Part shown: positions 63,820-64,000 of the stretch, one piece after another
Layout of the letters: the number at the start of each line of letters is the position of its first letter
Position numbering within the stretch: the stretch's first letter is position 1
Assembly (NCBI GenBank): GCA_038250235.1
Contig: JBBSCO010000007.1
Coordinates: 1,477-65,476, forward strand
From: Candidatus Methylacidiphilales bacterium
Lineage (GTDB): Bacteria; Verrucomicrobiota; Verrucomicrobiia; Methylacidiphilales; JAAUTS01
DNA: 64,000 bases
Reading direction: 5' to 3'
Program-made: the position numbers and the translations under genes
Notes under the pieces: generated by a model
The model's database searches: none
What the model saw: the letters and a program-made list of their open reading frames with translations, nothing else
What the model was told of the DNA's origin: nothing

Positions 63820-64000
63820 ATCCGTGTTTATGCCGACACCTCGGTCTATGACGGTGTCTTTGACGCCGGTATAGACGAATCCAGCCGGGAATTTTTTACC
63901 CAAGTCCCGCAAGGCCAGTTTGAATTGGTGGTTCTAAACATCGTTGATGAGGAGTTACCGCAAGCTCCCGACATGGTGCGACTATTATTTGAATCACATT
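63820..64000 (+). pseudogene. PIN-domain (VapC-like) gene fragment lacking a canonical start; runs off the right edge
   Basis: My translation reads IRVYADTSVYDGVFDAGIDESSREFFTQVPQGQFELVVLNIVDEELPQAPDMVRLLFESH. The (M)RVY.DTSV.GG.FD.EF ... EL..AP pattern is typical of one VapC subfamily. The codon where Met is expected is ATC, preceded three codons upstream by a TAA. Confidence 0.4.

Overview
This is a 64-kb chromosomal window with about 55 protein-coding genes. I found no rRNA, tRNA or CRISPR array by eye. The gene content (fused lpxC-fabZ, PEP-CTERM proteins, an MqnA/MqnD-type futalosine gene, a CHASE2 cyclase) suggests a Gram-negative bacterium of the Verrucomicrobiota/PVC type, but that taxonomic call is inference only. 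Housekeeping blocks are dus-maf-prc (2.9-7.1 kb), psd-pssA (17.6-19.1 kb), lpxA-lpxC/fabZ (43.1-45.2 kb), ribE-ribD and fabV (47.4-50.3 kb), and ribBA-ribH-nusB-ftsY (53.7-56.8 kb). The dominant feature is a two-partner-secretion (TPS) locus. It comprises an 11-kb gene for a 3,678-aa TpsA exoprotein (25495-36531), its TpsB transporter (36635-38404) and a membrane-anchored FecR-like protein (38416-39183). These sit divergently next to a CHASE2-sensor class III nucleotide cyclase (23002-25218). This four-gene envelope module is my best candidate for an undescribed system. Other notable items: (1) two inverted 272-bp MITE-like elements bracket cofG-like/psd/pssA, and one of them supplies the cofG-like stop codon. 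(2) Two paralogous TPR plus PEP-CTERM gene pairs lie 36 kb apart. (3) A secreted deiminase/amidinotransferase-fold protein is present. (4) There are two families of REP-like hairpins. (5) A decayed stretch at 46.65-47.39 kb holds a possible RAYT remnant and a multiply frameshifted small secreted-protein gene. (6) A toxin-antitoxin-like graveyard at 62.7-64.0 kb holds a nucleotidyltransferase with an in-frame TAA and a PIN gene with ATC where ATG is expected. All functional calls rest on by-eye motif recognition in the supplied translations. No searches were run.
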